Of a stretch of DNA of 64,000 nt, positions 20,109 through 29,570 are shown one piece after another. The notes under the pieces were generated by a model, which was not told where the DNA came from, did not search any database, and was given only the letters and a program-made list of their open reading frames with translations. The stretch's first letter is position 1, and each line of letters begins with the position of its first letter. The stretch comes from Patescibacteria group bacterium. Its GTDB lineage: Bacteria > Patescibacteriota > Microgenomatia > Curtissbacterales > GWA2-41-24. A program made the translations under genes and the position numbers. Where the stretch lies: NCBI GenBank assembly GCA_038063735.1, contig JBBTUN010000012.1:1595-65594 (forward strand), in the 5' to 3' direction.

Positions 20109-20510
20109 CTATTCATGATGTCTTCCAATCAGATGTTCAGTCGCGTGTGCAGTTAAAAAAAACACCTCATCATCTACCATCACATCATTCCGGCTTGCAC
20201 TAAGCAAGACTTCCGGCCAACATAAAATAATGTCACCGAGTCTTAATGTCTCGTCAGGAGCATTTATAAAACCTTTCTTTGTTTCCTGGGTAACTTCCTC
20301 CAGTGGAAATGCCAACACTTCGTGGTTTTTGTTGTCTTTTAAATATAGAGTGGTTAAATTTCTCATTTTCCTTCTACCTACAACTGCAACAGAAACCTCA
20401 ACCTCACCCTGTAAGATCTTATTCTTAACCAGCGTTTCGATAATAGCTTTTCTAACAACTTTGCGGTTAACCGGATACCTCGTATCAGAAAGGATGTCAA
20501 CTTGAACCAT
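20109..20510 (-). CDS. ybeY: rRNA maturation endoribonuclease YbeY
   Basis: VLAFP, LGDIILC and HATEHLIGRHH (H3xH5xH) motifs. Confidence 0.85.
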   Translation of the reverse strand: MVQVDILSDTRYPVNRKVVRKAIIETLVKNKILQGEVEVSVAVVGRRKMRNLTTLYLKDNKNHEVLAFPLEEVTQETKKGFINAPDETLRLGDIILCWPEVLLSASRNDVMVDDEVFFLTAHATEHLIGRHHE

Positions 20511-20958
20511 TTATCTGCTTGAGCCTGGCAGTAACGATCTCGGAAACGACACCCCCATCCACTCGACCCTTTAGTTTTCCCATGATAACACCCATGACTT
20601 GCCCCACATTTGCGTTTGCTGGCAAACTCATACTGGCAATAACCTCATCAACAACCTTTCTAACTTCATCCTCACCCATTTGGGCCGGTAAATACTTGGA
20701 CAGTATTGCAAACTCCTCCTTCTCGCGACTAGCCAAATCATCGCGGCCGGCTTTATCGTAAGCATCAATTGATTCTTTTCTTTGTTTAGCACTTTTAACA
20801 ATTACACCGGTAACTTCTTCATCGGATAGTTCCCGACCAAGCTCAATTTGCTTGTTTTTTACCTCAGACATCAACAACCGAAGAGTAGAAGTCTTTACTC
20901 CCTCATTCGCCTTCATAGCACCAACCATGTCATTTTTTATATCATCAACAATACTCAT
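20497..20958 (-). CDS. GatB/YqeY domain protein
   Basis: AMKA..LRLL..KQRKESIDAY..GRDDLA..E..YLPAQM. Confidence 0.92.
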   Translation of the reverse strand: MSIVDDIKNDMVGAMKANEGVKTSTLRLLMSEVKNKQIELGRELSDEEVTGVIVKSAKQRKESIDAYDKAGRDDLASREKEEFAILSKYLPAQMGEDEVRKVVDEVIASMSLPANANVGQVMGVIMGKLKGRVDGGVVSEIVTARLKQINGSS

Positions 20959-21010
20959 ATAATTTCTAACTCTTACCTACACCCTAGACACTATCCTCCC
21001 ATCCCTGTCT

Positions 21011-21199
21011 TCAAAACTTACTTTTGATATATTTCTTCCTGGCCATTTGGATCTTTTGTTGCTTGCGAAGCGACGGTTTAAGGTAATGCTCGCGTTTTTT
21101 AATTTCGGTTAGTATTCCTTCACTTTGAACTTTTTTATTAAACTTCCTAATCAAAGATTCCACCGATTCCCCCGGTTGTGCCGTAACTTTAGTACCCAC
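21011..21199 (-). CDS. rpsU: 30S ribosomal protein S21
   Basis: ESVESLIRKFNKKV..REHYLKPS; GAGGGG SD-like sequence upstream of the GTG start. Confidence 0.93.
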   Translation of the reverse strand: MGTKVTAQPGESVESLIRKFNKKVQSEGILTEIKKREHYLKPSLRKQQKIQMARKKYIKSKF

Positions 21200-21288
21200 T
21201 TATAAAAACACCCCCTCACAAAAATAATTATCAATTTCCAAACCCCAAACTCCAAGTTTTGTCATTTGAGTTTTGTAATTGGTCATTC

Positions 21289-21624
21289 TCATAGCTTCTC
21301 CCACTCTACTTTCCCGCCTGCCAAAAGATGCATATGCAGGTGTGGCACGTGCTGCAATCTCCCGCCATTAAAAATAAGCCTAAATCCTTCTAACTTTCTT
21401 TCTTTTACTAAGTTCGCTGCTGCCTTGTGCATCGCGACAAGTTCCTTAGAATCTGCATCTTCTATTGTCAAAACCGAAGCTATATGCCTTTTTGGAATAA
21501 TCAAAATATGAACGTTGGCAATAGGATTAATATCGTCTATTGCCAAAACAAACTCACTTTGATAAATCGGTTTCGATTTAATTTCACCGGCGATAATCTT
21601 ACAAAAAATACAATCCTTTTCCAT
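21289..21624 (-). CDS. HIT family nucleotide hydrolase
   Basis: DCIFCKII and HLHMHLL motifs; start placed at MEKDCIFC. Confidence 0.93.
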   Translation of the reverse strand: MEKDCIFCKIIAGEIKSKPIYQSEFVLAIDDINPIANVHILIIPKRHIASVLTIEDADSKELVAMHKAAANLVKERKLEGFRLIFNGGRLQHVPHLHMHLLAGGKVEWEKL

Positions 21625-21785
21625 TATATACCTCGCCCGCAGCACTGCTTCCTTGGCTAAAAATTTCGCTTTTTTTATCATAAATCATAATTAATTTTAA
21701 ATTTATAATTCTAAATTTCAAATTAAATCTTAATTTTTAAAATTAAAACATTAAAAATTCATTAAAAATTAAAAACTTAAAATTT

Positions 21786-22631
21786 CTAAGCTTTTTCTAA
21801 AATTGCCACTATTTCTTCAATTGTCATTTTTGTAGGTTTCATATTTGGGTTTCTTGTCGACCCGTTCCGAAGAAGAACCCCGGACGCATGCAAAAACCAA
21901 TGCCCAACCTTATCTCCCTTGGTTATCAGCTCGTAGGCCTTTGTAAAGTCCACCTTGTGCGCGTTTGAACCCGTAACCCTTACATAACCTTCAGTGGGAT
22001 CCTTCCTTACAACAAGTGCGTAGCCACCTTTAATCGCAACGTCCATTACCCCGTCGTTTTTAGTATATACAGCCACACCCTCTCCCCATCTCGTTTTAAA
22101 CTTTAAACCTTTACTAACTTCTTTTTGCGCTTTAACCTTGGATTGCATGATCAGGTACACTCCATCAAGTGAATCCGAAACCCAACTTATATACTTTTCA
22201 TTATCCCTGGCAAAAGCCATTTTCAGGCCCGACAAAACATTATGCAGAGAAAATTCCCACCTGTCGCTAGCTGGTTCCGGCCACTTGTAACTGTCCCAAC
22301 CATGATCCAGTTCGGTAATTACCTGAATCATACGCGAAAGCGCCTCGCTGTCCGCCTTTATATATCCTTCATTCAGCAAATATTCATAAACCAGCTTCGC
22401 GCCACAGGTAAAATCGTTTGTATGATGATGGTCAAAACGCCCCCCACCAACGTCTACATGCACAACATCGTCATTGGAATCCACGGGTTCATTGTTATAA
22501 GTATTGTCACCCGCAGGAACAAGTTCTACGCGCGCGTTTTTAAAATCTGGATGAAACTTTTTTAGAAGCCAAATCGCCGGAATACCATCAAAATCCGGAG
22601 AGATATGCGTAACAATTATCTTTTGCGACAT
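21786..22631 (-). CDS. DHH/MYG1-like phosphoesterase
   Basis: THISPDFDG and DVGGGRFDHH motifs. Confidence 0.65.
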   Translation of the reverse strand: MSQKIIVTHISPDFDGIPAIWLLKKFHPDFKNARVELVPAGDNTYNNEPVDSNDDVVHVDVGGGRFDHHHTNDFTCGAKLVYEYLLNEGYIKADSEALSRMIQVITELDHGWDSYKWPEPASDRWEFSLHNVLSGLKMAFARDNEKYISWVSDSLDGVYLIMQSKVKAQKEVSKGLKFKTRWGEGVAVYTKNDGVMDVAIKGGYALVVRKDPTEGYVRVTGSNAHKVDFTKAYELITKGDKVGHWFLHASGVLLRNGSTRNPNMKPTKMTIEEIVAILEKA

Positions 22632-22725
22632 TAATCATTGGTTTACAAAATAACCTAAAAACACTTCCTTTCTATTGAAGTTTGATCTTACATTCTAACT
22701 TTTTAAACCGCTTTTGGCAAGAAAA

Positions 22726-22992
22726 TCAATAAGTAGTAGAAGTTCTTCTGATTATAGATGTAATTGTCACCAATTTAAGTTCAACAAAATAGAAAATTCT
22801 AAAACTCCCAACACGCAACCTGTAACCCTCAGTTAATTTCTTAATATGTTTCCCGTCTGCAATATGTGGAGATACCGACAATAAATCTTCAATATTTTTT
22901 AGGATCTTACTCTGAACGCCCGATGGAACTTCTCGCAGTTGTTTTAGAGCAGTTTTCTTAAAAACTACCTTAAACTTTTCCGCTTTTAACAT
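22726..22992 (-). CDS. RelE/ParE family toxin
   Basis: VVFKKTALKQL..YRLRVGSFRIFY; overlaps the antitoxin gene. Confidence 0.9.
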   Translation of the reverse strand: MLKAEKFKVVFKKTALKQLREVPSGVQSKILKNIEDLLSVSPHIADGKHIKKLTEGYRLRVGSFRIFYFVELKLVTITSIIRRTSTTY

Positions 22993-23233
22993 CGTCTAAA
23001 GAATAAACTTTTTCACTTTTTGTGGCTTTTTTGGATCTGGACATCTCCAACTCTTCCCATAAGGATTCGTTTTCGTCAATCATAGATTGAAAATAGCCAG
23101 GAGAAACTATAACAGAAAGCTGATCGCTATTGCGGGTAACTACAACCACTTCGTCTTTCGCCTTTACAGTATCAAAAATCTGCTTTGCATTTTTACGGAT
23201 ATCACTAACGCTTTTAATATTAACAGTTTGCAT
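22970..23233 (-). CDS. Phd/YefM family antitoxin
   Basis: SVSDIRKNAKQIFD..VVVVTRNS..VIVS. Confidence 0.88.
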   Translation of the reverse strand: MQTVNIKSVSDIRKNAKQIFDTVKAKDEVVVVTRNSDQLSVIVSPGYFQSMIDENESLWEELEMSRSKKATKSEKVYSLDDVKSGKV

Positions 23234-23242
23234 AACAAATTT

Positions 23243-23271
23243 AGTATATAATTTATCTACATATTTGTCAA
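23243..23271 (-). promoter_or_regulatory. Sigma70 promoter of the toxin-antitoxin operon
   Basis: Minus-strand TTGACA-17 nt-TATACT, 9 nt before the antitoxin ATG. Confidence 0.8.
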
Positions 23272-23298
23272 CAAATTTCGACCCTCAATTCCATCTTT

Positions 23299-24084
23299 TT
23301 ATTGGGTACTTGGCAAGGAAGCCTCTCTTGGAACGAGTGAGACAAGATTTCTCCATTTTGGATCACCAGAGTGGTTTCTAGCAAACACCCTCGCATCTCT
23401 TTCTATTGGATCAATAAAATCATTCGCCACGACACCCGAGATTGCGCCAATAGCAGCAGCTGTTATCGTCAAAACACCTCCCCAATAGTTAAATCCATAC
23501 CGATAGTTCTCAACAACTACGTAAGCGGACAATCCAATTGAACTAACACCCAACATTGCCAGCCTCCTGTGCATTCTCTTCGAAAAAGACTCTTTAGATT
23601 CGGCCGCATGACAAATTTCGTGATGTAAAGTATGGTTGGCAATTCTATTGGCACCATTAAGTATCAGTTTTCTGGCAAACACAGTTCCCCGAGGTCCCTC
23701 CACATTTTGCAGATAATTCTCCAGCCTTTTTGTGTAAAGCAAACGTTTAAACTGTTTTTTTGGTTTGATCTGTCCAGAATGGATTTGTTCAGCAACCTTC
23801 CCGTACTTTGTCGCAGCCTGCAACACTGCACCTATGTTTAATATTATCGTCCTCTCATCACGCGAATATCTTCCACAGACACCACCCCCATCCGAGACAA
23901 TCAGCTTATGCTTATCTATCTCTTCACTGTCTAGACCGACTTCGCTAAGGACTCGACCAACCCTATCACTATCAACAACCACCTCGTACGGCAACGATTC
24001 CCAATCGACTTTCGGCGCAAAGTCAACCCGGAATTTCCTTCTTTCTTTGTTAAGCGAGCTAGCAAAACTTCCAGTTTCAACCAT
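23299..24084 (-). CDS. Hypothetical membrane protein with zincin HExxH motif
   Basis: LHHEICHAAE followed by two TM helices and E..AR.FA. Confidence 0.55.
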   Translation of the reverse strand: MVETGSFASSLNKERRKFRVDFAPKVDWESLPYEVVVDSDRVGRVLSEVGLDSEEIDKHKLIVSDGGGVCGRYSRDERTIILNIGAVLQAATKYGKVAEQIHSGQIKPKKQFKRLLYTKRLENYLQNVEGPRGTVFARKLILNGANRIANHTLHHEICHAAESKESFSKRMHRRLAMLGVSSIGLSAYVVVENYRYGFNYWGGVLTITAAAIGAISGVVANDFIDPIERDARVFARNHSGDPKWRNLVSLVPREASLPSTQ

Positions 24085-24128
24085 TGTTATTAAGTATAAT
24101 GTGGCAGAATAAACAAACTAAAATATAA

Positions 24129-25280
24129 TCAGGAGGCAGCAATCGTTTTTTTAACCAAATCCAATGTTTTTGCCTGAAAAATAGAAACTGCCAGGTACCG
24201 TTCCATATCTACTTTTTGCTCCGGCGTTAAATCCGTCTGGTTCACACCTTTTCCGGCATTTTCTACTTCCTCACGGCTAACTTCAATTTTTGCACCTGTT
24301 CCGATTTCGTCCAAAATCAATGTCGCTTTAACATTCTTCTCGGCCTGTACTCTCCACTTTGCCCGCAGCGCATCAACAGTCGTATTTTCATCCCTCAAAA
24401 AATCCTCCAGTTTTTTACCACTCGATTCTACCTGTTGGTTCAAACGCACCATAATCCGGTTTATCTCGTCATCAACCATTATGTCCGGCACATCAACCTC
24501 GCCAATCTTAGCAAGCTCCTCAAAAATTTCTTCTTCAAATTTAGCCTCTACCTGGTCCGTAACCAGTGTCTCCAAATCTTTTCGAACCAATTCCTTCAGG
24601 TGCAAAAGATCCCTTGCCCCTATTGCTTTGGCAAATTCGTCGTCAATTTTCCCCTCAGACTTCTTCTCGTCAACCTTATTCTCATCTTTAAGAAAAATCT
24701 TCTCACCATGCGCATCATAAATAAACTTTCCTTGCCCTTCCGTAGCTTTAGCGAAGGAGGGTTTACCTGCTTCCTCTTCTTCATTTGATACATTTGATAC
24801 TTTTGACTCGTTCGAAACCTTTTGCTTAACCCATGCCTCATAAATATTTTTAATGGACTGTGTAACATCTTCTTCCGTTACCTCTTTGGCTTTAATTTTT
24901 TTAACCTTCATTGCTTTCCAGTCTCCAAGTTTTACTTTTGATCTTTCTGTTAAAGTTGCCACAAAAGAAAAAGGTGCACTCTTTGACAAAGAATCCACAG
25001 CAACCTTGGGTTTTGTAATGGGAATAATATTTTCTTTGTCAAATATATCGGAAAGATGTTGGGAAACCAAAAAATTAGCTGCCTCGTTTAAGATTTTGGT
25101 TGCCCCAAGTTTGTCCTCGACCATAGTAATCGGAACATTGCCGGGCCTAAAACCATCTATTTTGACATCTTTGCCAAGCTCAGTAAGCGCATGCTCGTAA
25201 GCCTTATCAAAATCCGCCTTCGAAACATCGACTTTAACCTCAACCTTCCCTTTTTCGCCACGGGTAATTGTGTGCTGCAT
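24129..25280 (-). CDS. tig: Trigger factor lacking the FKBP PPIase domain
   Basis: Ribosome-binding DGFRPGNVP signature and C-terminal domain (IDDEFAK) joined by a repeat-derived linker. Confidence 0.9.
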   Translation of the reverse strand: MQHTITRGEKGKVEVKVDVSKADFDKAYEHALTELGKDVKIDGFRPGNVPITMVEDKLGATKILNEAANFLVSQHLSDIFDKENIIPITKPKVAVDSLSKSAPFSFVATLTERSKVKLGDWKAMKVKKIKAKEVTEEDVTQSIKNIYEAWVKQKVSNESKVSNVSNEEEEAGKPSFAKATEGQGKFIYDAHGEKIFLKDENKVDEKKSEGKIDDEFAKAIGARDLLHLKELVRKDLETLVTDQVEAKFEEEIFEELAKIGEVDVPDIMVDDEINRIMVRLNQQVESSGKKLEDFLRDENTTVDALRAKWRVQAEKNVKATLILDEIGTGAKIEVSREEVENAGKGVNQTDLTPEQKVDMERYLAVSIFQAKTLDLVKKTIAAS

Positions 25281-25292
25281 ATCAAATGGAAA

Positions 25293-26570
25293 TTATACAG
25301 TTTTTTGGCTATATTTTCTATAATCTTTAAGAAGACAGTTTTCTACAGCAGATTTAAAATTCAGTATTTCGCTTTTATCGCTTCCCCTCATTTTAAATTC
25401 AACATTCCCCTTGCCAGCTTTTCCAGAGACAACCAATCTCACAGGAATCCCAATTAAATCCGCATCCGCAAATTTTTCTCCAACCGAAACATCCTGCCGG
25501 TCATCCCATAAAATATCTTCTTTGCCTAATCCATTTTTGGCACAAACCTCAAAAAAATCTCTTGCCAAACCTTCGTCATCACCAATCTGCACCAAATGAG
25601 CTTTAAAAGGCGATACCGCAGCCGGCCAGATTATTCCTCGCTCATCATGAAAAACTTCCACCAAAGTTCCGACAAGTCGCGTCACACCAATCCCGTAACT
25701 TCCAAGATATGCAAATTGCCTTTTTCCTGCTTTGTCCGCATAGCTCACATTCATTTTTTCGCTGTAAACCGTTCCAAAACGAAAGATGTTACCAACCTCT
25801 ATTGATTTGCTCTCACTTATCTTGCCTTTTTTGCATTTTGGGCACGTTTCGCCATCCCCAACTTTGGCGATCTCCTTATTTTGGGCAAAATCGCAAGCAT
25901 CACACCAGTAAATCGTATCCTCACCGGCTTGGGAAAAAACCTGGAATTCATGAGTGTTTTCTTTTGTAAAAACCCCGCCTGCAGCCTCAACTATTTTCGC
26001 ATCCAGCCCAATTCGCTTAAAAACCTTAAGATAACTATCCGCAACCTCCCAATAATATTTATTTAGATCATCCTGTGAAGTGTGGACACTATACAAATCT
26101 TTCATCAAAAATTCCCTCCCACGCAAAAGTCCAGATTTTGCACGCAATTCATTTCTAAATTTAGTGGAAAAGTGGTAAAGCTTAATAGGAAAATCGCGAT
26201 ATGTGCTTATATGTTTGCGGACCAGATCTAAAAGTATTTCTTCATGCGTAAACGAAAGCGCATATTCACGATCGTCCTTTTTAAACTGATACATGACATC
26301 TTTAGCGCTTTTCCATCTTCCTGTTTCATTCCAAACACTTTTAGGGTGCATAAGCGGCATCAAAATTTCCTGTGCGCCCGTTACGTCCATTTCCTCACGA
26401 ATAATTTGTTCTATTTTAGAAACCACCCGAAACCCGAGCGGTGCAAGCGTATAAGACCCAGCCATTAATTTATCAACAAAACCGCCCTGCAAGAGTAATC
26501 TCGCGTTTACAGAAGTTTCATCTTTTGGGGTTTGCTTGGTTGTTTTGGAAAATAGTTGCGAGAGTCTCAC
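25293..26570 (-). CDS. proS: Proline--tRNA ligase (short form, no full editing domain)
   Basis: THEE, KFRNELRAKSGLLRGREFLMKDLYS, IEVGNIF and GSYGIGVTR. Confidence 0.96.
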   Translation of the reverse strand: MRLSQLFSKTTKQTPKDETSVNARLLLQGGFVDKLMAGSYTLAPLGFRVVSKIEQIIREEMDVTGAQEILMPLMHPKSVWNETGRWKSAKDVMYQFKKDDREYALSFTHEEILLDLVRKHISTYRDFPIKLYHFSTKFRNELRAKSGLLRGREFLMKDLYSVHTSQDDLNKYYWEVADSYLKVFKRIGLDAKIVEAAGGVFTKENTHEFQVFSQAGEDTIYWCDACDFAQNKEIAKVGDGETCPKCKKGKISESKSIEVGNIFRFGTVYSEKMNVSYADKAGKRQFAYLGSYGIGVTRLVGTLVEVFHDERGIIWPAAVSPFKAHLVQIGDDEGLARDFFEVCAKNGLGKEDILWDDRQDVSVGEKFADADLIGIPVRLVVSGKAGKGNVEFKMRGSDKSEILNFKSAVENCLLKDYRKYSQKTV

Positions 26571-26679
26571 AAAAAAAGTATATCAGAACCTACCTCGCTA
26601 TGGCGAGAGCATCAAATTCAACTCTCGTCGATCTATTTTTTCACAATCTAATCTTACCCCCATTACGAGCGAGCGTTAA

Positions 26680-26837
26680 ATCCATCCTGAACAAAAATCA
26701 TTGGGAAGCTGGTACTGACACTACAACGTAGAAGAATACCAGAGGGTTCCCGGATTTTTGTGAAGACAGATGGATAGCAAGCGAAGTCTGGGGTGCCCTT
26801 TCTTGGTTCCGTTCTTTGGGCACGCAAAGAATGGAAC
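26680..26837. repeat. Intergenic double-hairpin structured element
   Basis: Long imperfect hairpin at 26680-26775 and hairpin GTTCCGTTCTTTG-GGCACG-CAAAGAATGGAAC at 26806-26837. Confidence 0.7.
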
Positions 26838-26951
26838 AAAAAAATACTTTTCTTAAAACTGCTTGTGAATTAATCCTAAAATATCGTTTAGATAATGGAG
26901 CAATTACAAAACAAAGATTATTGTAATTTGTGTAATTATCGCAACGATATA

Positions 26952-28070
26952 TTAAAACTGTTTATTGATAAGTTTTAATATATCGTTATACGTAACCAAA
27001 AGTATCAACCCAATTAACACCACAAACCCCACAGTGTGCACCCATTTTTCAAAAGTTGCATGAACCTTCCGGCGGGTTACAGCTTCTACAATTATAAAGA
27101 AAAAACGGCCTCCGTCCAGCGCAGGAATAGGCAAAATATTTAAAAACGCCAAATTAAGAGACAAAAGCCCGACAAGCTGCAAAACAGATATGGGCCCCAG
27201 AGCAACTGCCTCCTGCGTAATCTTGGCTATACCAACGGGTCCGGAAACCCCCTGAGAAACAGCCGTAAAATCGTTATTTTTAATAGAAAAACCAACCAGT
27301 TGCCGCATAACATCCAAAGAATAATCTACTGTATTGTAACTATGAATAAAGCCGGAAAATACTTTTTGTGCCGGAGTATCGTAATTAAGAACTACTAACT
27401 CCCCAAGTCCAATCCCAAGCGCCGGCACGCCCAGCTTTTCGTTATAAGTAGGCGTTGCTTTTATATTCTTAAGTTGGTTGTTAACCGGGTTTTCTACCGT
27501 AAGGGACAATTCTTTGCCCTCCGAAGCCCTCACAATGCCCTGCAGATCCGAGATAGACGAAATTTTTACCCCGTTAATTTCAATAATGGAATCCCCCTGC
27601 TTGATTCCGGAAGAAAATGCCGGTGAGTTATCATTAACATCTCCAACCAACACTTGCCTCGTCTCGTTTACAAACTTAAACTTGTGCTCAACAATTAGCG
27701 GCAAATTAACTTTAAAACCCAAAGCAATTACAACTATATAAAAAACGGCAACAGCAAGAGCAAAATTCATAAAAACGCCGGCAACCACAACAAGCGTTCT
27801 TTCCCAAATAGACTTTGAGTAGAAACTGTTCTTTTCTTGCCTCCTCTTGTCGGTTGGATCCTCACCTACTAAACGCACAAAACCGCCAAATGGCAGCCAG
27901 TTTACAGAATAAATAGTTCCACTAATTTTTTTACCCCAAATTCTTGGAGGCAGGCCAAAACCAAACTCCTCAACACCAATACCGGCCCTTTTGGCCATAA
28001 TAAAATGCCCAAATTCATGGATCATAACCAAAACCGAAAGAATTACTATGAAAATGATTACAGCCAGCAT
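26952..28070 (-). CDS. rseP: RIP metalloprotease RseP (M50 + PDZ)
   Basis: HEFGH, PFGGFV, PDZ domain and NILPIPALDGG. Confidence 0.95.
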   Translation of the reverse strand: MLAVIIFIVILSVLVMIHEFGHFIMAKRAGIGVEEFGFGLPPRIWGKKISGTIYSVNWLPFGGFVRLVGEDPTDKRRQEKNSFYSKSIWERTLVVVAGVFMNFALAVAVFYIVVIALGFKVNLPLIVEHKFKFVNETRQVLVGDVNDNSPAFSSGIKQGDSIIEINGVKISSISDLQGIVRASEGKELSLTVENPVNNQLKNIKATPTYNEKLGVPALGIGLGELVVLNYDTPAQKVFSGFIHSYNTVDYSLDVMRQLVGFSIKNNDFTAVSQGVSGPVGIAKITQEAVALGPISVLQLVGLLSLNLAFLNILPIPALDGGRFFFIIVEAVTRRKVHATFEKWVHTVGFVVLIGLILLVTYNDILKLINKQF

Positions 28071-28118
28071 AACTTCAAATCTTACCAGTATTACTTATAA
28101 ATTGGAAATTTTGCGAGA

Positions 28119-28667
28119 TCAAATTTCCCTTAGCTGCTCTTCCTTATTTTTCCCGGCAACTTCGATCGCTTCAACATACTCGTCATGAAGTTTTTGAAGT
28201 TCTACTTCAAGCCTTTTTTCTTCATCCTCGGAAATATCCCCAGCTTCTTTCTGCGCCTTTAACAACTCCCGCTTTTCGTGCCTAACTTGCCTGATTTGCA
28301 CCTTATATTTCTCCAGAATCCCGTGCATTTGCTTAATGAATTCCTCACGTCTTTCGGCAGTTAGCGGCGGGATAACAATCCTAATAATGTCTCCGTCAGA
28401 GACCGCATTTAAGCCGACGTTAGATTTGGCAATACCTCCGACTATATTTGTAATAATTGCTTTGTCCCAAGGGGAAATAATAATAACATTTGCCTCCGGA
28501 GTAGTTACCTGCCCCAACTCCTTAACCATCATTTTGGAGTCATAAGCATCAACCATAATATCCGAAACCAAAGAAGAATTAGCCCGCCCTGTCCTGATTT
28601 GCGCAAGCTCACCCTTAAGGTGGGCAACTACATCCTGCATTTTTAGTTGTATGTCGGTAAGGGGCAT
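28119..28667 (-). CDS. frr: Ribosome recycling factor
   Basis: IRTGRAN, PPLTAERR and IRQVR..DISEDE. Confidence 0.96.
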   Translation of the reverse strand: MPLTDIQLKMQDVVAHLKGELAQIRTGRANSSLVSDIMVDAYDSKMMVKELGQVTTPEANVIIISPWDKAIITNIVGGIAKSNVGLNAVSDGDIIRIVIPPLTAERREEFIKQMHGILEKYKVQIRQVRHEKRELLKAQKEAGDISEDEEKRLEVELQKLHDEYVEAIEVAGKNKEEQLREI

Positions 28668-28700
28668 CGCCGGTGTATTATACTATACGGCCAAGATTTT

Positions 28701-29102
28701 CTAGGCCGTAACTTTCTTTCTAATGTTTCCTTTCTGGTCCTTGGCATAAGCAGACCCATTCCCTGTTAAAAATAACACAACATGCCCGCTATCTTTGTCA
28801 CCAGCTTTTAAAGAAGGAACCATTGCCTCTAAAATCCAAACAGCTTTACTGTAAACATCGTTATACACGTGAGCTCTATCAGTTTCTTCCACTTCGTCCC
28901 ACAGATTTGACCTCGCCTCAACACTATTTGCCGTTGAAATTTCCTTTAGAATATCTAATCTGAATTTGGCAAAATTAACAGCAACCCCGTCAACTTCCGA
29001 CAAATAAGTCAAACAATTTTCCAGGAATTTACGCTCCATCACAGCAAGTACTCCAATGTCCACTTCTGCTCCGGTTCTCCTTTTTTGCTCAACGAATCCC
29101 AA
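28701..29102 (-). CDS. Hypothetical protein
   Basis: 133-aa ORF between tsf and frr; TTG start is uncertain. Confidence 0.55.
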   Translation of the reverse strand: MGFVEQKRRTGAEVDIGVLAVMERKFLENCLTYLSEVDGVAVNFAKFRLDILKEISTANSVEARSNLWDEVEETDRAHVYNDVYSKAVWILEAMVPSLKAGDKDSGHVVLFLTGNGSAYAKDQKGNIRKKVTA

Positions 29103-29104
29103 AT

Positions 29105-29563
29105 TTAACTCCCAAGTTCAAACCTAACAAAACGTTTGATAACAATATTCTCCCCAACCTTTGCAATTGTTTCCTTGACAAGCTGCTCAACGTTTTTGCC
29201 AGAATCTCTAATGTATACCTGCTTTAAAAGCTCGCCAACATCTTTCGGGTTCATTGCACTAATCTGCATGGCAACTTCGTGTGAAAGATTTTTAAATTCA
29301 TCTGTTTTGGCAACAAAATCCGTCTCGCAGTTTATTTCCAAAATTACCCCAACCCGTCCGTTCCCGTGAATATACGTGTCAACCAGTCCTGCCTTAACTT
29401 CCCTGTCGGATTTGGTAGCAGCCTTTTCTATTCCCCAGCTTTTAACAAGTTCCTCCGCTCTTTTAAGATCCCCTTTTGCCTCCTCAAGCGCACGTCTGGA
29501 GTCCGCAATCCCAGCTCCGGTTTTTTCTCTTAATTTTTTAATGTCTTCAACACGTGCGTTCAT
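29105..29563 (-). CDS. tsf: Elongation factor Ts (short form)
   Basis: IKKLREKTGAG and EINCETDFVAK. Confidence 0.96.
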   Translation of the reverse strand: MNARVEDIKKLREKTGAGIADSRRALEEAKGDLKRAEELVKSWGIEKAATKSDREVKAGLVDTYIHGNGRVGVILEINCETDFVAKTDEFKNLSHEVAMQISAMNPKDVGELLKQVYIRDSGKNVEQLVKETIAKVGENIVIKRFVRFELGS

Positions 29564-29570
29564 GTGAATT

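Noticed and set aside
26441-26731. 96-aa plus-strand ORF in the proS-rseP gap
   Set aside because: It overlaps proS antisense and the hairpin element and has no recognisable protein features.
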